Origin: Phallusia mammillata
Taxonomy: Eukaryota
Assembly: GCA_965637545.1 (NCBI GenBank)
Contig: OZ281495.1
Coordinates: 25,606,001-25,670,000 of the forward strand
DNA: 64,000 nt
Direction of reading: 5' to 3'
Shown here: in pieces, positions 36,306 through 50,800 of the stretch
Numbering within the stretch: position 1 is the first letter of the stretch
Layout of the letters: the number at the start of each line of letters is the position of its first letter
Translations under genes and position numbers: made by a program
Notes under the pieces: generated by a model
What the model was told of the DNA's origin: nothing
What the model saw: the letters and a program-made list of their open reading frames with translations, nothing else
Database searches by the model: none

Positions 36306-37454
36306 ATATAAACCAACACAGTACCACGAGATTTCAACAACAAAAATATAATTTGCGTACTCGAGTTTTATGTGAATACTGTAAGGTTCATTTGGTTAGT
36401 AAAACTGGCGAAATTAGCATGATATAAAATTCTCTAAACTGTACATTAATTCATCATTCACATATTGACTGTTTAGCTATTGGTCGATGATTATTTGTTA
36501 AGTTATGTTTCACTGGCCGTTCGCAAGCATTTGTTTTGGCGTCCTGTTGAGACTCGTGCACATGGTGTGGTGCGAAGTATATATGTGGCGTGGATATGTT
36601 TGAATTCAGTTTGTAAGCAACACCTTGATTCAAACCTAGTGGCACTGCGCTTTTCCCTGTTTGTAGTTGATAAATACTACAGCGGATTCGGTGGCTATTT
36701 TCATCCTGTTTATGTCTACACACCCCAACGATTGAAGAAGAAGACAGGAAATTGACAGATTTTGAGCTTTAACTGCACTGAGTACACGAAACATAAAAAA
36801 GAGTAACCTTACAAACTCAACAATAAAATTGCGATTTTTTTGTCAGACCAGGATTAAAAACTAACATAAAAATAGACAAGTTGTAGTCTAAGGACTCTCA
36901 ACAAGCAAGTTCAACATTTGCATATTATTGGTTGGAAAATTTACAGTTATATAAAACGGCTACAATTTCTGTGGTCTAATTTTTCCTCAGATTGTTCTAG
37001 CGTCTAATTTCACATTAACACAACAAAAACCTACTGAAGACAGTGTGCTAAAAGAAGACCCTATATCATATCACTTAAACTGACAATACTCGTAATAAGC
37101 AAGATATTAGATCAGGCCTTGACTTTTAGCGACGACTACAGTTACGCGTTGCTGCTTGACTACCGTCATAATACTATATCACAACTCACGAGCTAACGAA
37201 TTTGTCCCCGCTCTGAACAACGTTAGCGGCGTCATTTTCTTGTTGACGCCGCTACGTCACATCCTATTTTTGCGTTACATGCTTTGTGCAACTCGACGCC
37301 ATGTCATGACTCTAATGCTTTCTGCAGCGCTGATCGCCCGAAAGACGGTAAACAACTTTTTGACGTCGTGTTTTCGAAGCACATAAATAGTGTCGGATTT
37401 TTTGTCATCAAAATTGCGAGATCCGCTACAAAAAAAACCATGTCACACTGAAAA

Positions 37455-37921
37455 GGAGTCAAACCGCTTGGTTCGGTTCAGGTTTAAAAAATGTCTATTG
37501 TCTGGTTCGGGTTTGTTTCGGTTCGGGCAAATTATCCGGTTCGATCCGGTTTGCGGTTTTTAAACCAGTTTAAATCCACTTTCGTTTAGTTTAAATTTTG
37601 TATTTTCTCATCTAAACGGCCTTATCAAACTCCGAAATAATTTTAAGTGTACAATGCGCGGCACCTTACAGTTTGCTATTTGGACATGCCTCATAGCTAT
37701 TATCTCACGCATTGTTCAGTATGTCGAAAAACAAGTCACAAAAAGTAATACAGGCTGCATTTTACTGGTTCGGTTCCGGTTCGGGTTCAAAACCAAACAA
37801 GATATAAGGTTCAACGCCTATTCGGGTCTTAAGGAAATGATAGTTTACGGTTCGGGTTTTATGAATTTAACCGCTTCAACCGATTGGCGGGCTCGAGTTC
37901 AGTTCCGGTTCGACTCGCTCC
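37455..37921. mobile_element. Degenerate MITE-like element with GGTTC/AACCG subterminal repeats
   Basis: Clusters of GGTTCGG/CCGGTT at both ends; loose inverted ends GGAGTCAAACCG / CGGTTCGACTCGCTCC; no clean TSD found. Confidence 0.45.
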
Positions 37922-40900
37922 TTTTTACCCACCCCCCACTTGCTGAATAAACGTCTATACCTGAACGTCTTATCTGACGGAAAACATATTGCTTGTCCCA
38001 AGAAATACGGATTTGGAATGGTGCTCGTACTCGTAACCAGGGCATTAGACGTGCACGTTTTTGCCTAATCCAAGTCCGACATCGTTGCACAAGAGCAAGG
38101 ACAAGTTTAACAAACAAAATCATTTTCAAACATACCCTGATTGTAACATCAACCTTAAAAGTGGACTAAAAGTAGTTCTTTGACTGCGAAAACAGTAAAA
38201 AGGAAATTGATCATACACACAACACAACACATCGGGACTTCATGAGTTATCGAATACCGTCATATCAGACACAGAAACCGAAAAAGTACTATCAACGGTT
38301 GCCTTACCATAACCCCTCGTGAAGCTGACGATTACGTAAACGTTTAGTCGTGTATACTGTGTGTAGTATTTTTTATGTAATCACCAGTCACCAGAGACTC
38401 AGTGCGTTTAGTCGTGATTATAAATAAAGTAGCACTTCAACTTCTACAATCTTTAAATAGAGTGGCCAAATTAAATGTGATCCAGTTTATAACTCCCAAA
38501 CGTCTAAACTAGACCTAAGCGTCATAAATATACTTCGTGCTTGAACCACTTCTTCAAATCAGTCTGTATGAAAACTTCTATACTATTGCAAGTCAATGGG
38601 TGAGCTGAAGTTAAAAGACTTTTAAACCACACGACGTCATTCTCTGTATCCTGTCTGGCGTTTGAATGAATAGGAGCGAACGCTTTGCAAGGTGCAGTCT
38701 GAATTAAATCTTCAGGTTTGTTTCGGTTCCAAATAAGGACATAATGGCTCGTGCATCACTTCTGCATTTATCAATGCGGATCGAGTCAACTTTGTATGTG
38801 AATTCAGTTCCAAAAGAGCGAAACACTAAGTAAATGAAATTACAGCAAACGTCTCTTTGCTGTTTTTTTGTTTTGTTTCATTTTTTACTGTTTACAGTTT
38901 GGCCTTAAACTATCGGGGACTTGAAAACTATCGATATGGATTAAATATGGGGGACACGAGAAGCCTTACAACAGATTTAAATCCGAGTATAATAAAGAGT
39001 TTACCGTTTGACTTCGGAATTTGCCAATACTGTTACAAGGTCCCGGTACAAAGACTAATTATGCCACTAAAAACGCATTTTAAAGGAGTGAAACTATGTT
39101 TATTTTTCAGTTTAACAGTTGTAAAACAGTTACACCACCCACACAGTTTTATAGTGTGAGACTAAAAAAGAATTGGATTGCAAACTACAAAAACAACTTG
39201 GAAAAAATGTTGTAGATAATTTAATCACTAAACCGTAACAACAAACATTAGAAACTAGGGGCCGTACTTAAGTTACATGACCAAAACGTTTAGTAGTTGA
39301 CGCATAAAAATGTCAAAATCATTAAGATTTGAAGAATTGATGAATTTTTAACGAAGCATAAAGCAACGGCGCCACCGTGTGGAAAGACTGGGCGGTCCTT
39401 TAAGAAGTTATGTAAAAACCAGTTTTAAACAACGCAGCTTAGCAAAGGCATTGATACCGATGAAACATAAAAGATTTGTTAAACCTATTTTTCGTGTAGG
39501 TAAATTCTAACAAAACTGTGTCAAATAATAATTGTGTAGAAAAGTCGAGAGTCACAAGAATTACTTAAAACGGAGCACTCCAATTACGTACAGTTGTATA
39601 AGTTTTGTAAGAATAAGTGATCGAAATTATGACACATACATCTAATATGGTTGTACGCACTGACTCCATAGGTTTTGGTCTACTTTTACAAAAGTAACAA
39701 TCCGACGTCACTCGGCCAGACTTTTGCCCAGGGCGATTGTCTGCTATCACTTCTTCATATTACCGTCGCCATAATCGCTCAATCTAAATCGTGGAAGCAA
39801 CGTTTTTGATCAAAATACGTTGATGAGCAGTTTTGGTATCTTAAATATAATTCAGTATTTGATTTCGAGACGAAAGTATTTGATTTTGGTATTTGAAGTT
39901 TGCCATTTTTGTCGATAAGTATTCTGCCACAGTCAGCGGTTAATAAGGACATGCATCAGATTGTAGAGCTTTTTGAGCTTCTCAAGTTGCTCACCTATTT
40001 GGTCATTATTGTATTCGAATTGAATTTATCTTGCAAATGTAAACTATAATAGATTCACGTTTAAAATGTAAAAGAAGCAGTTTTAGGCAATTTCACCGAC
40101 CAAAGGAATAAAGGTCAGCTGTGGCCACAAACGTGCCTAACATGTTGGAATGGTTTTAGTTTGTTTAGCGTCTAATGCGCCAAATGAAAAGCTTTTCGGA
40201 TTTCGAAAAAGTAGAAAAAGTCAATACAAAGCGTTTGCAGTAATCCACTGTTTTGTGCCACAAGTTATTCGCCGTACAGCTGTATACAACCAGACAGCAT
40301 TGCATACACATTGTTTATGGTAAAAGCAAGCGGCTGTGTTTTCAACCAGAATGTTGCGAAACAGATTTGTACGTTACGGCGGCAAAACACCAGTTTAAAT
40401 ACTTTTGTAGATAAATAACTGACAGTAATATGTCAATGAAATTCGATACACCACAACGGAAACTTGAGTATGCGAAACTTGATGGTTCGACTAAAGAGGA
40501 AATTATTAACAGGAAATTTGCGAAAGATAGTAGACGATGCAAATATGGAAAGCTACGAACTTTGACGGCTTTTAGGGCACAATTCGTTTTGTGTGTCGAC
40601 ATAAAAATATCTGGAGTTTTAAAGATCATGGCTATATTCCTAAATCTGTTATCACGGAAACGATAAAAACTCAATCCTTTCTCACGAAGAAACATTTGCC
40701 ATGCATGCAAATTATTTTTAAAATCTTCGAAACTTAATCTATTAATGATGACAGTCGTCACTTAATTTTTTACATCCATATTTCGACCTGATTTCACCAC
40801 TTCGACGCAGAGAGTTTTTCGAAATACTTCGAAAATTAGGCTTTGGAAATTAACTGCGTCACGACCTCCACAGATATAAGCCCAGAAAGCGCGACATAAT

Positions 40901-41303
40901 TCTAGATATCGACGCTGGTGCAAGGCCTGTAATTATCTTAATGGCTATTGACATGTAAACGTCGGATAAACGTAAAATCCTATTACGTGCTGCACACGTG
41001 CGAACAACTTGTAGCGCGTAAAACTACACGCGAGTGTCAATCATTCGGCCTGAAGGCTTAAAGGTGTTTTTCACTGTAAATAATTTGGGATTATTGGCAT
41101 TTAAGAGGTTAGTTAGCGTAGTGCTGCAGGTAGATTACCTTTATTTCGCAGGTGTTTCGTACTTCATTAGTTTTAAGCCGAGTTTTTAGTCTTATGATTG
41201 AATCAAGAAGCTCTTGTTTTGGCACATTTACAACTATGTCTGTATTAAGGAAAAACGATTAGATGAGCACTGAATACGATTTTTTTATATTCTAGGTTTT
41301 AAA

Positions 41304-44300
41304 ATGTATTGCAAAAGCGTTTTACTGTTGCTGTTGTTTACCCATCAAGTGCATATTGTACGTTCTCTCATACCAGTTGAAACTGCAGCAACCAACTGCG
41401 AACCACTTCGAGATCTACTCACAAAGACAATCGTCAAAATATCAGCCTCCTACTTTGCAGACAACCCACGGGCAAATCAAAGTGCAATAAATCCAAATCA
41501 AATCTCACCTTTGACTCCAGACCAGCTTTTCAGAACCTTCTACGGTGAACAGGCTACTGCTGAACAATTCAAGCAAGCTATTCTGGACATATACTACTCA
41601 GAACCTGACCTATTTGCATTAAACAAGTATGACTTAAATCGTATTTACCTGCGAGAGTCAATATACAAGTACGCTAAGGCTTCAAGCTACAAACTAGCAA
41701 GGGAAAAGTTAGGGAACCTACTGTACTTGGGCATTGCAGACCGAACACGTTATTCCCGCCCTTGGAGAGAATCACGCTGTGTGAGGTATTTTTACGTCAC
41801 AATCACCGAGACGATCGTGTTTTCGGAGTTTGAAAGGTTCGTTTTACGTACGATTTTTGACTTAAAATTTGGTTGAATTTAAAAGATATATTTATGTTAA
41901 ATACTCTTTGTTAAGAACATTTAAAAGCATGATTGTAATGGTATTTATGTAAAACAACAATATATGAAAGATTTGCTTGTATAAAAACAAAAATTATTGT
42001 TCGTTTAGGAAAGTTTTCAAATTGTCTAATTAATTGTAAATCGGTTTTGCAGGGTTCGAAATGAGATCGGCGATTTCAGGTTTGGTCGCTTATTGGAGTT
42101 GGGAGTTGGCACAACCTTAGCATTCGTAATTGACGACACTGGCAGCATGACTGAGGAAATTGAGGCAGCTAAAAAAAGAGCAAAGGTAATTAAATCGTGC
42201 ATTGCTTTTCCATGATGACTGAAATAATAAAAAAAACTCAACAAATTGTCTATCTTCAACTAATTAGATTTTGACTATTTTCTGAATTTTATCTTTGTAT
42301 TGGATACTTGAATTTATTTAAACAATGAACTTATTTAACTTAAATATCACTGGAAAATGTAAGCGATAGTATTTTGTTATATGTTATTAACGTAGTTTTC
42401 ATATTATCCGTTATTGACGTCGGCCATTTATTGCATTTAAGACTAGACAAATATGGTCAGCAATTATTACTATGTTGAGTCACCAAAAATGAGTCAAAAA
42501 GCAAATGACCAAAAACCCCAGCCTTTCCTTTGGTTTCGTTACATAGAAAACCCTGCTTGCGTCGTGCTTTTACATCAGCGTTAAACCTCTATTTGGTGAA
42601 ATGTAAAGGCTGAAATTCCTTGTACTTTTCTCAAAAAACTATCAACAAATTCATGTGCAGTTTTTTGAACTCGCCCTTGTTTTGTTTTCAACAATAACCA
42701 ACGAACTATTTAGCCTAAAGATGCCTTTAACACAAGGCTTGGTGTTTGTAAAACTCATTTTAAAAGGCTAGTCCTGAAACAGAATTAATTCCATTTCGTA
42801 GTCATATTGAAAAAAAAACCTATTGAAAAGAATGGCAAAAATATAATCCATGTCCCACAGTATGATGATCTTGCTAATTATGTGCATGAGTTCCCAAAAT
42901 AACAGTTAAAGGGCTAAAAGTAGATTTGTGTCAAGTCGGTGGCACAATTTCGGAGTCCGCTTTATTGTTAATTGCTATGTTGACAAGTGTTTCACCTGAT
43001 AACCACCCGCAGACGACCTGCGGTTGATTTTGTGCGTTTGTTTGAGGCCTTGTGCCGATATGGCGTCACAATGCTCACAGAGGCAGTTGTTTGTTCGTTC
43101 TAAGAAGTGGCGTGTGCATACTTTGTATGTAACTGCGGTTAGGAACTTGCCCAAAACGGCAGAATAGCTTAGTTAAAATAGCAACTGACTTCAGTTTCGC
43201 GGTACGGAAAGCTTTTCTCAAATTGTAAATTATTTCAGAAGTCTGGTTTCTTGTTTGTGGTCTTATTCTATATTTATTGATCACTTATTTTTGACTTTTA
43301 GCGGATTCTGCAACAAAGACAAGGCTCGCTTGATCAGCCGCAAGATTTCGTTTTGGTGCCTTTTAATGACCCCGTAGTGGGTCCGCTCACTGCAACTAAC
43401 GATGCTGACCGATTTATCCAAGCCATTGACAGGTGAGATATCTTCCCATCACATCATTGTTATGAAGCTCCTTGAAAACCAAAGGTTTCGTCCAAGGCCG
43501 GTCGCATGCGCAGACAAACTTAAACATTGTGTTAATTTGGTGGGGGCAAAATAAAATATTCATTTAAAAATTTAAAATACTGCAAACAACTTGTAAACGG
43601 CAAAGTACATTTCTTTACAAACGTTACGAATACCTAGTAATGGTTGAAACAAAATAAACATGTGGTAAATCATATATGTAGTGTTTTCAATAGCAGTTGC
43701 TGTTAAGTAGCTGGTAATTTTTCAGGTTAGCAAGACATGTGAATCAAAATTTGTGTCGAAGAATCAGATTTTATATGCTATCTTTGTTGACAGTTTGACT
43801 GCCAATGGCGGCGGTGACGACCCGGAGTTGGCGCTCAAAGGGATTCTTCTTGCCATAGAAAACTGTAGAGTTGGTTCCACTGTGTTTGTTATCACTGACG
43901 TTGACGCTAAAGATGTTGAACTACAGGTTATTATTGTGTTTAAAAAACTGTTAGTCATTATATGTTTCGTCACATGAAAATTACGACACAGTATAAAACC
44001 ACATTTTTTTAATATACATCAATAAGTAAAAAACAAATAAATTTGACAAATTAAATTGTACATTTTATCGCAGTTAAAATGGGTGTTATAAAAGAGGGCA
44101 AAATCAGAAATAAATATATTTTGCTTTAGGATAATTTGGGTTGAAATCGAATGTAGTAAGTTTATAATAAAAGTTTCTTAAAAGTAAATTAAGAACGAAA
44201 ACGTTTGATTATATGGACTTTCTGAAACCCTGCCAAAGACCCATTGAAGAGTCCTTGCCCCCAGGTTGTAAACCACTGCCTTAATTGCATATGCTTGCGA

Positions 44301-47300
44301 TTTAATTTGTGAAAATTAACTTGTTTTGTTTGCATTTCAGGATCTTGTGGTGGCTCAGGCTAAACAGAAAAGCATCAAGGTTACTTTTCTGCTCACCAAT
44401 ACGATCGTTAACAATGTTTGCAAAACTCAGCCAAGGTATGCTACAGTTAAACTCGGCCAAAATGTCAAAACAAGTTTGAAATACTGACGAAGTGTTGCAT
44501 TTTATCTACAAAACGTGTCGACTGTACTCAAACAATTATTATGTTTTGAAACAGCAAAGATAGCTCCGACTTGCTAAAGCGACGGTGCCTTACTGCTTCG
44601 TTTAAGCACGGCTTAGAACTGTACAAATACATCGCTGATAGCACGAGTGGAAAAACTTTGGTGGTAAAGGAAGGTGACATCCTAAAAGCGACTGAAATTG
44701 TCGATACATCGGTGAAACAGGGAATCGCGGTTATATCCCGAAAGTATATCACAGGTTAGACTTTAATTAGGGTGACCCAGCTTCTTGCCCGTATGGCACA
44801 GTGTTAGTGAATTTTGCACACAGATTTATTTTGTTTCGGGTTAATGTTTGCGTCATAAGGTCACATTCCTTTGCATATTTGGTTTAAAGAGCACTTTTTT
44901 TTATTTACTGCGTCATAAAATGCGGTGTTTTAATTGCCAAAAATTGCACTTTGAAAGTTTACTTTTCTTTTAAAAAAGTCGCAAGAACGCGCATTTTCTG
45001 AAATCTAAAACAAAACATATTTTCGAGCCTCACAAAGATACTTTTTTTCCGAGCCACGCACTATTTTATGATATCTAAGTGTTCTTACACGAGGTATTCG
45101 ATATTGAAGGAAATTTGTTTTGTGCATTAGATAGTTTCAAAATGTTTACGATTGACCTGCTACAGAGATTAGTGTCTCCCAATCCTGCTTTCTACAAACT
45201 GGAAACATCCCAACCAGTGGAACCACTTCTGTATTCCCAATGCAATTTGCTATAAGCGTTGTTTTAACACACTCATATATGAGAAATACATTTATTTGCG
45301 GCAAAAACATTTTAATTAAGTTTTAACCAGAGCATTCTGACGCAGGTGGAAGAACTTCTTACCCTCTTAATATCGACAGTTCTATAACTGAAATATTTGT
45401 TGAGTTTGAAGGAGATTGTCGCGACATCACTATCTCTTTTCAACGTAGGATCTTTTTAATTGAGGTGAGTCATAAGTGTGCTTGTTTTTGAAAAACAATA
45501 CACTTAAGCACATTTGTGACTTTGTTTTCCTTTTAACGATGTATGATTCAAACTTACTTAGTTGTAACATTATAAGTTAAATGTTTAGTATTAGAATTTG
45601 GAAAAAAACGTTTTTTTGTTGTAACCCACTTTTTTAAAGACCACCTGTCGCTTGTGACAACGTAACAACTTATACATCTTCTACCAACATCGAATAAAAT
45701 TCGAACTGCTTTTAAATCAAGTTTGTTTTCAGGATCTTGTGACAATAGGAACTTTTATGGAAGGTCGAATCCCGGTAAAGCAAAACTTTGGTGTCTGGAA
45801 TGTAAAGGTCACGGGCTGGCTAGGATGTTCAATAAAGGTAAAAGCTTATATGTTACAAGGATAATAGTCGTTTTTTCGGAACGTATTTTACGATTTCGTG
45901 TATGCGAGACGTTATTGATTTATATTTTTTCTGGGTAAAGCGTTTTAACTGTATTTTTTTTAAAAAGTTTCTTGATAAATATTTTTATGGTGATTGTATT
46001 GTTTTATTGAGATTTTTTACAAATCTCAGTATGTGCAGGTAAATGTACGTTAAACTTTTTCTGTATACCAGATCGAAGCTCGCACCACAAAAGGTTTCAT
46101 ACAAACCCTTGGCAGAAAGTCCCTCAATAACGCTGGCTTGAACGTTACTGAAAAATTCGAAGGTAGGAATTGGATTTCAAACGAGAAGTGCATCTAGATT
46201 TTAAAATTGTGATTTGTATTTTAGGTCAGCCTTTAATAACGGATAACATCGTGGTCCTGTTGGACACCTACCGTAAAGAGTCTGGTGACAAAGTTGGATC
46301 TGTCAAATTTATCTCCAAGGCAAGATCAGCAGTGCTCGATACGTTTAGGTATGAACGAATAAAAAACCACATTTGTCATTTTATATACCACTTGGTGTGA
46401 ATGCATTACTTTTGCTTTAAGGATGGCAAATAATGGGAGTAACCATTTCAAGATCGAACCTTTGAATCGACATAATCAAGCATTCTTGGTGTCTATTGAG
46501 GGTGTTGATTCCAATGGTTTTCCGTTTACAAGAATAATGAGGACGGCGATTGAATACGTTCATGTGCAGATAGAGTGCGTTGCAATCCACAACGTAACGT
46601 TTAGGTAAAACAAAATAGCCTACTTTATGGAATAACAACTTAGTTCTATCATATTTATAGTGTACTGGTGGATTTAGTTTCATGCTTTTGTTCCTATTAC
46701 TTTGACAGTTTAAATCAAGAACATTGGCGTAATGTTTTTGTTAATTTAATTTTAGACAAACTACGATACATTAGGCCTACCATACGTCCTCTTTTTGGAG
46801 GACATGTCCTCCTTTTTAACAAAAACCAAGTTGTCCTCCGAGGACAAGAAAAAGTGCCCAAATGTCCTCCTTTTTCAAGAATTTCTGACTTACCAAATAC
46901 ATATGTGACAATTATCCCCTTGAAAACAACCAAATATGCATATTCAGCTAATTTTCGCAGAATGCACGTAAATATTACATATTTTGAACACAATCTTATT
47001 TTATTGTTGTGATGTGATAAATGTTAAACTTTATCCAAACTATTCTATACCGTCTAATTTCTGAGGCTTTTATTTTTTGAGGGCCCTTAAAGTATTTTTC
47101 AATGTTTTTTTTCAACAATGTGTCCTCCTTTTTGGGGATGCAATTATGGTAGGCCTACGATACACTTAATTTTACTTAACATTCTTTACAACTTTAATTA
47201 CTACATTTTATGTGAACTGTTTAGTCCTATGTGTATACACATAAGGCTATACCCATATGGCTTACCAGTTTTCGTGTTAAAAACAAAACAAAAAAAACAT

Positions 47301-47860
47301 TTTTTTATAGACCGGGCGATACTGCAAATGTCAGTGTAAGGATTCAAAACTTTGGGACAAGGCAGCAGTCGTTCCAACTGGACGCAACAGACAATCAGCA
47401 GTTTGTGGACGGTGTAAAACCGGGTCGCGTTACATTGGCAGCGAGACCAGGTGTTGCTACCGTAACTGTCTCTCTTACTGCATCGAAAACCGCAACAGTT
47501 GGAACTTCGACAACAATAACAATAACAGGTCGGTGTACAAATTTTAAATATTTAAGCAAAAAGTTAAGATGAACAAAAATTTATGCGTGAGTTCCGGAAA
47601 GACTCTTGTCAGGGGTTCGAATCCCACCGCAAACAACATTTTTCTAGCCTATGCTTTACCACATAAGAATGCTTGATGACCGGCTGATTCGGTACAAAAC
47701 GCCTTTAATGGGCTTGAATTGTTTTTTTATCGATACCAACTTATATGCTATGTTTAATTAATGGTGATTACTGTTGTAATACTGGTGTCATTTTAATTAT
47801 TTTAGCAAAAAGTTCTTCATCCGACACACTACTGTACAAAACCTGCTACCTAACCGTCGG
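41304..47860 (+). CDS. VWA7: VWA7/hemicentin-type half of the fusion gene
   Basis: Signal peptide; AREKLGNLL; LAFVIDDTGSM.EEI.AAK; FVLVPFNDP.VGP; GGGDDPE; VFVITD..AKD; SG; then beta-rich Ig-like exons (G.WNVKV; PGDTANVSVRIQNFG). The motif order is that of VWA7/hemicentin VWA proteins. Confidence 0.78.
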
Positions 47861-50800
47861 TCAAAGAGCTCGCCCTCGTGTGGAGGAATTCTACGTCACA
47901 ACCAAAATTAACTCACGCATCGCAGAAACACTTTTTACAAGTGTTGTGCATAACGAGTAAGTGTTAGGTATATCAACTTGAAACAACATAAAAAATGTCA
48001 TATTTTAATATTTGGACCTTTTGGGGTTAAAGAGTATAAAACTACGTGTGCTATGAAACGTGAAACTGACATTGAATTTTTTTACCAGTGCAGCTGTGGC
48101 CAGAGAGGCAGAATTTTTTGTCCTCTTGCCAAGTGAAGCCTTTGTAACAGACTTTCGGATAAAAATTGGAAACGAAACGTACCGTGGAAGGATCGAGGAA
48201 AAGGGAAAGGCAGCGAAAGTGTATGAACTTGCAAAGGTAATATAAACCAATCACATAGTTAAAATTAAAAAACACTTTGAGTAGCATAAACATTGATATG
48301 ACCGCAATTCTCCCCCTAACCTATAACCTCAATTGCCTAAAGCATGGTGCATTTGCATTACTGACAATAGTGTTCGGATTCGGCCCTCGTAAATTTTTTT
48401 CATTTGTATCTGGACCTTTGACAAAACTATTTGAGTAGCCTTGACAGAGTTATTCAAATATCTTGTTTAGTCCAGTGCTCAAAATGTTAAGTAGACTCAA
48501 GGTTTTCTGGATCATTTCATAACTAGGAATATATTTCGCAAATTCACAGCAAAGGCAACTCACCGCCGGTCACGTGACATCAAGGGACAGGTCAACGTCA
48601 ATATTTCGAACTTCGGTCAACTTGGAACCCGGGATGCGAGGAACCTTTGAACTCACTTACCAGGAACTCCTACGGAGAAAAAGCGGAAAGTAAAAAAACT
48701 TTTACAATTTTAAGTTTGGCTAAAAATATTTTTCTCGTTTTATTTTGTTTAACAAACAAATATCGAGTAATATATTGGTTGAAAAACATCCTTAATATAA
48801 ATGTATGTTCTTATTTGGGATTTGTCTGTGTGGCCATAAGGCATTTAAAAGCAAAACAAACGGGTTTCTTATAAAACTGCATTGAATTTCGTGTAACATC
48901 CAGCAATTTTCAGATATACGTATGAGGTTGCAGTAAGGATGTTACAGCCCGTTGCCAAATTTTCACTTTTTGTGTCGGTTTGCGAGACGAACAACGTCGA
49001 GAATGTTAAGGTGCTCGGATATGACACGGAACAGACCACTCTTATTGGTCCACAGCCAATAGAAGGCGCCATTGTGTTCAATAGAGGGTAAATACAAAAT
49101 AAAACAATGTTTTATCACCATTCAACTGCACCGGCCTCTTTGCAGCTAGATTCTTTATCGCCCATCCCTGTAAATAAAACTAAAAGGATATTTTTAATGA
49201 CGATGTGATTGCTAAAGCTGATATAATGGCTGTACTTTATTAACATCCAATTTTTTAGCGAAAAATGGCTGATTATTTAAAAACGTTTAACTATGTTTGA
49301 TTGTTTGAGGAGATATCGTATTTACTCGTTTGTAAAGCGCCCTCGATTATCACAAGCAGCATTTTTTGACATTGTCAAGCAATGTAAGAAATGTAAACAT
49401 GCAAAAAATGTTTAACGCACCTGTTAAGACGTTAAAGTTTTCAGTTAAACTCTGTAAATAACTCTTTCACTTTATGCTGTGTATGATGGCGCGTATTTTT
49501 TTTCATTTTATAACTGTGTAATAAATGCGCATAAAAAAATTCAACAATTCTTTATCACAGGCGTACCGCGAACGTTATTTACCAACCAACGCTTTCCCAG
49601 CAAGCTACCATCTCTCCGTTTGGAATTCACGGCAAATTTGCGATACAATACGAATTGTCAAGAGTGGTGGGAAAAGGCGATTTCATGATTTCCGGAAGGT
49701 AGGAGTCAATTTGAACGCAACTTTACACGCAGGAAGTTTATGGCCATCTGGGTTGTTTGATAAGGTTCAGGTATCATTGAACTTGTTCGACAAAGTTTAA
49801 TCTTGTGTAACCTCAACTACTTTAAAAAACAAGCCGATTTTTATCCTTAAGAAAAATGTTAGTAGTTTCTGTTGGGTAAATAAACTTTATCCGACGCATC
49901 TGCTTTTTAACACAAAATCTTGTTATTTTGGTTAGGTACTTCTATAACAACTTGACTGTTTTTGTAGTTACTTCGTTAACTTTCTTGCTCCTGCCGGTGC
50001 ACCAATGCCGAAACGTGTTGTGTTTGCTCTCGACGTGTCAGCATCGATGTACGGCCAAAAGATGTCACAAGTGAGAAGCGCGATGTCGACCATCTTGGAC
50101 AGTTTAGCTCCAGATGTAAGTCTAATTACCTCCATGAATAACATTTCGACATCAAACGGTTTCGAATCGCATACACTGTATCGCAACCGTTTACTGAAAA
50201 ACATATTACATGTGGTCATTGAATCCATGTGCGATATCAAACTTTACTCATTTTGAGAATCAGTTAAAATAAACACACATTTACAACTTGCATCAGCCCT
50301 GCAGCGTACATTGCAGAGCAGCAATCACGCCATAGCCCTATAGAAATCATATTACGCCAGGGCTATTGAAGGCATTATGCGTAGTCAGTCGGTCACCAAG
50401 TATTTCCACTTAAGCGCGAGTCACAGGAAAAGCTTCTTTGGTGGGTTCGAATCCCACCGCAGGCTAGATTTTTCTCTTGACACAGATGCGTGGTTTGTGG
50501 TGGCACGTTAGGTTAAGTTTTGTTTTTTTGCAACAGAGATCACATTAAATAGAAACAAACTTACTTACAATGCATTTACTAGGATGAGTTCGCTATTACA
50601 ACCTTTAACGGCACAGTCGATAAATGGACACCGGTGGGATACAACTTGTCTCTGGTGCCGGCATCAGCAGAAAACAAACGCGCAGCAAAGGCGTTCCTAA
50701 ACGGTGTTGAGCCCCAGGGTGGCACCAACTTGCTGAAAGTCATATTTGAATCCGTCAAGCAGCTTCGCGATGCTGCAGAAGCGGGATCCGAAGGTAAGCA

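Noticed and set aside
39700-40761. 139-aa - strand ORF (FLREKGLSFYRFRDNRF...TNCALKAV) as a decayed transposase
   Set aside because: Only a faint resemblance to invertebrate transposase-like proteins; no catalytic motifs, TIRs or TSD found. A tblastn or HMM search is needed before calling it.
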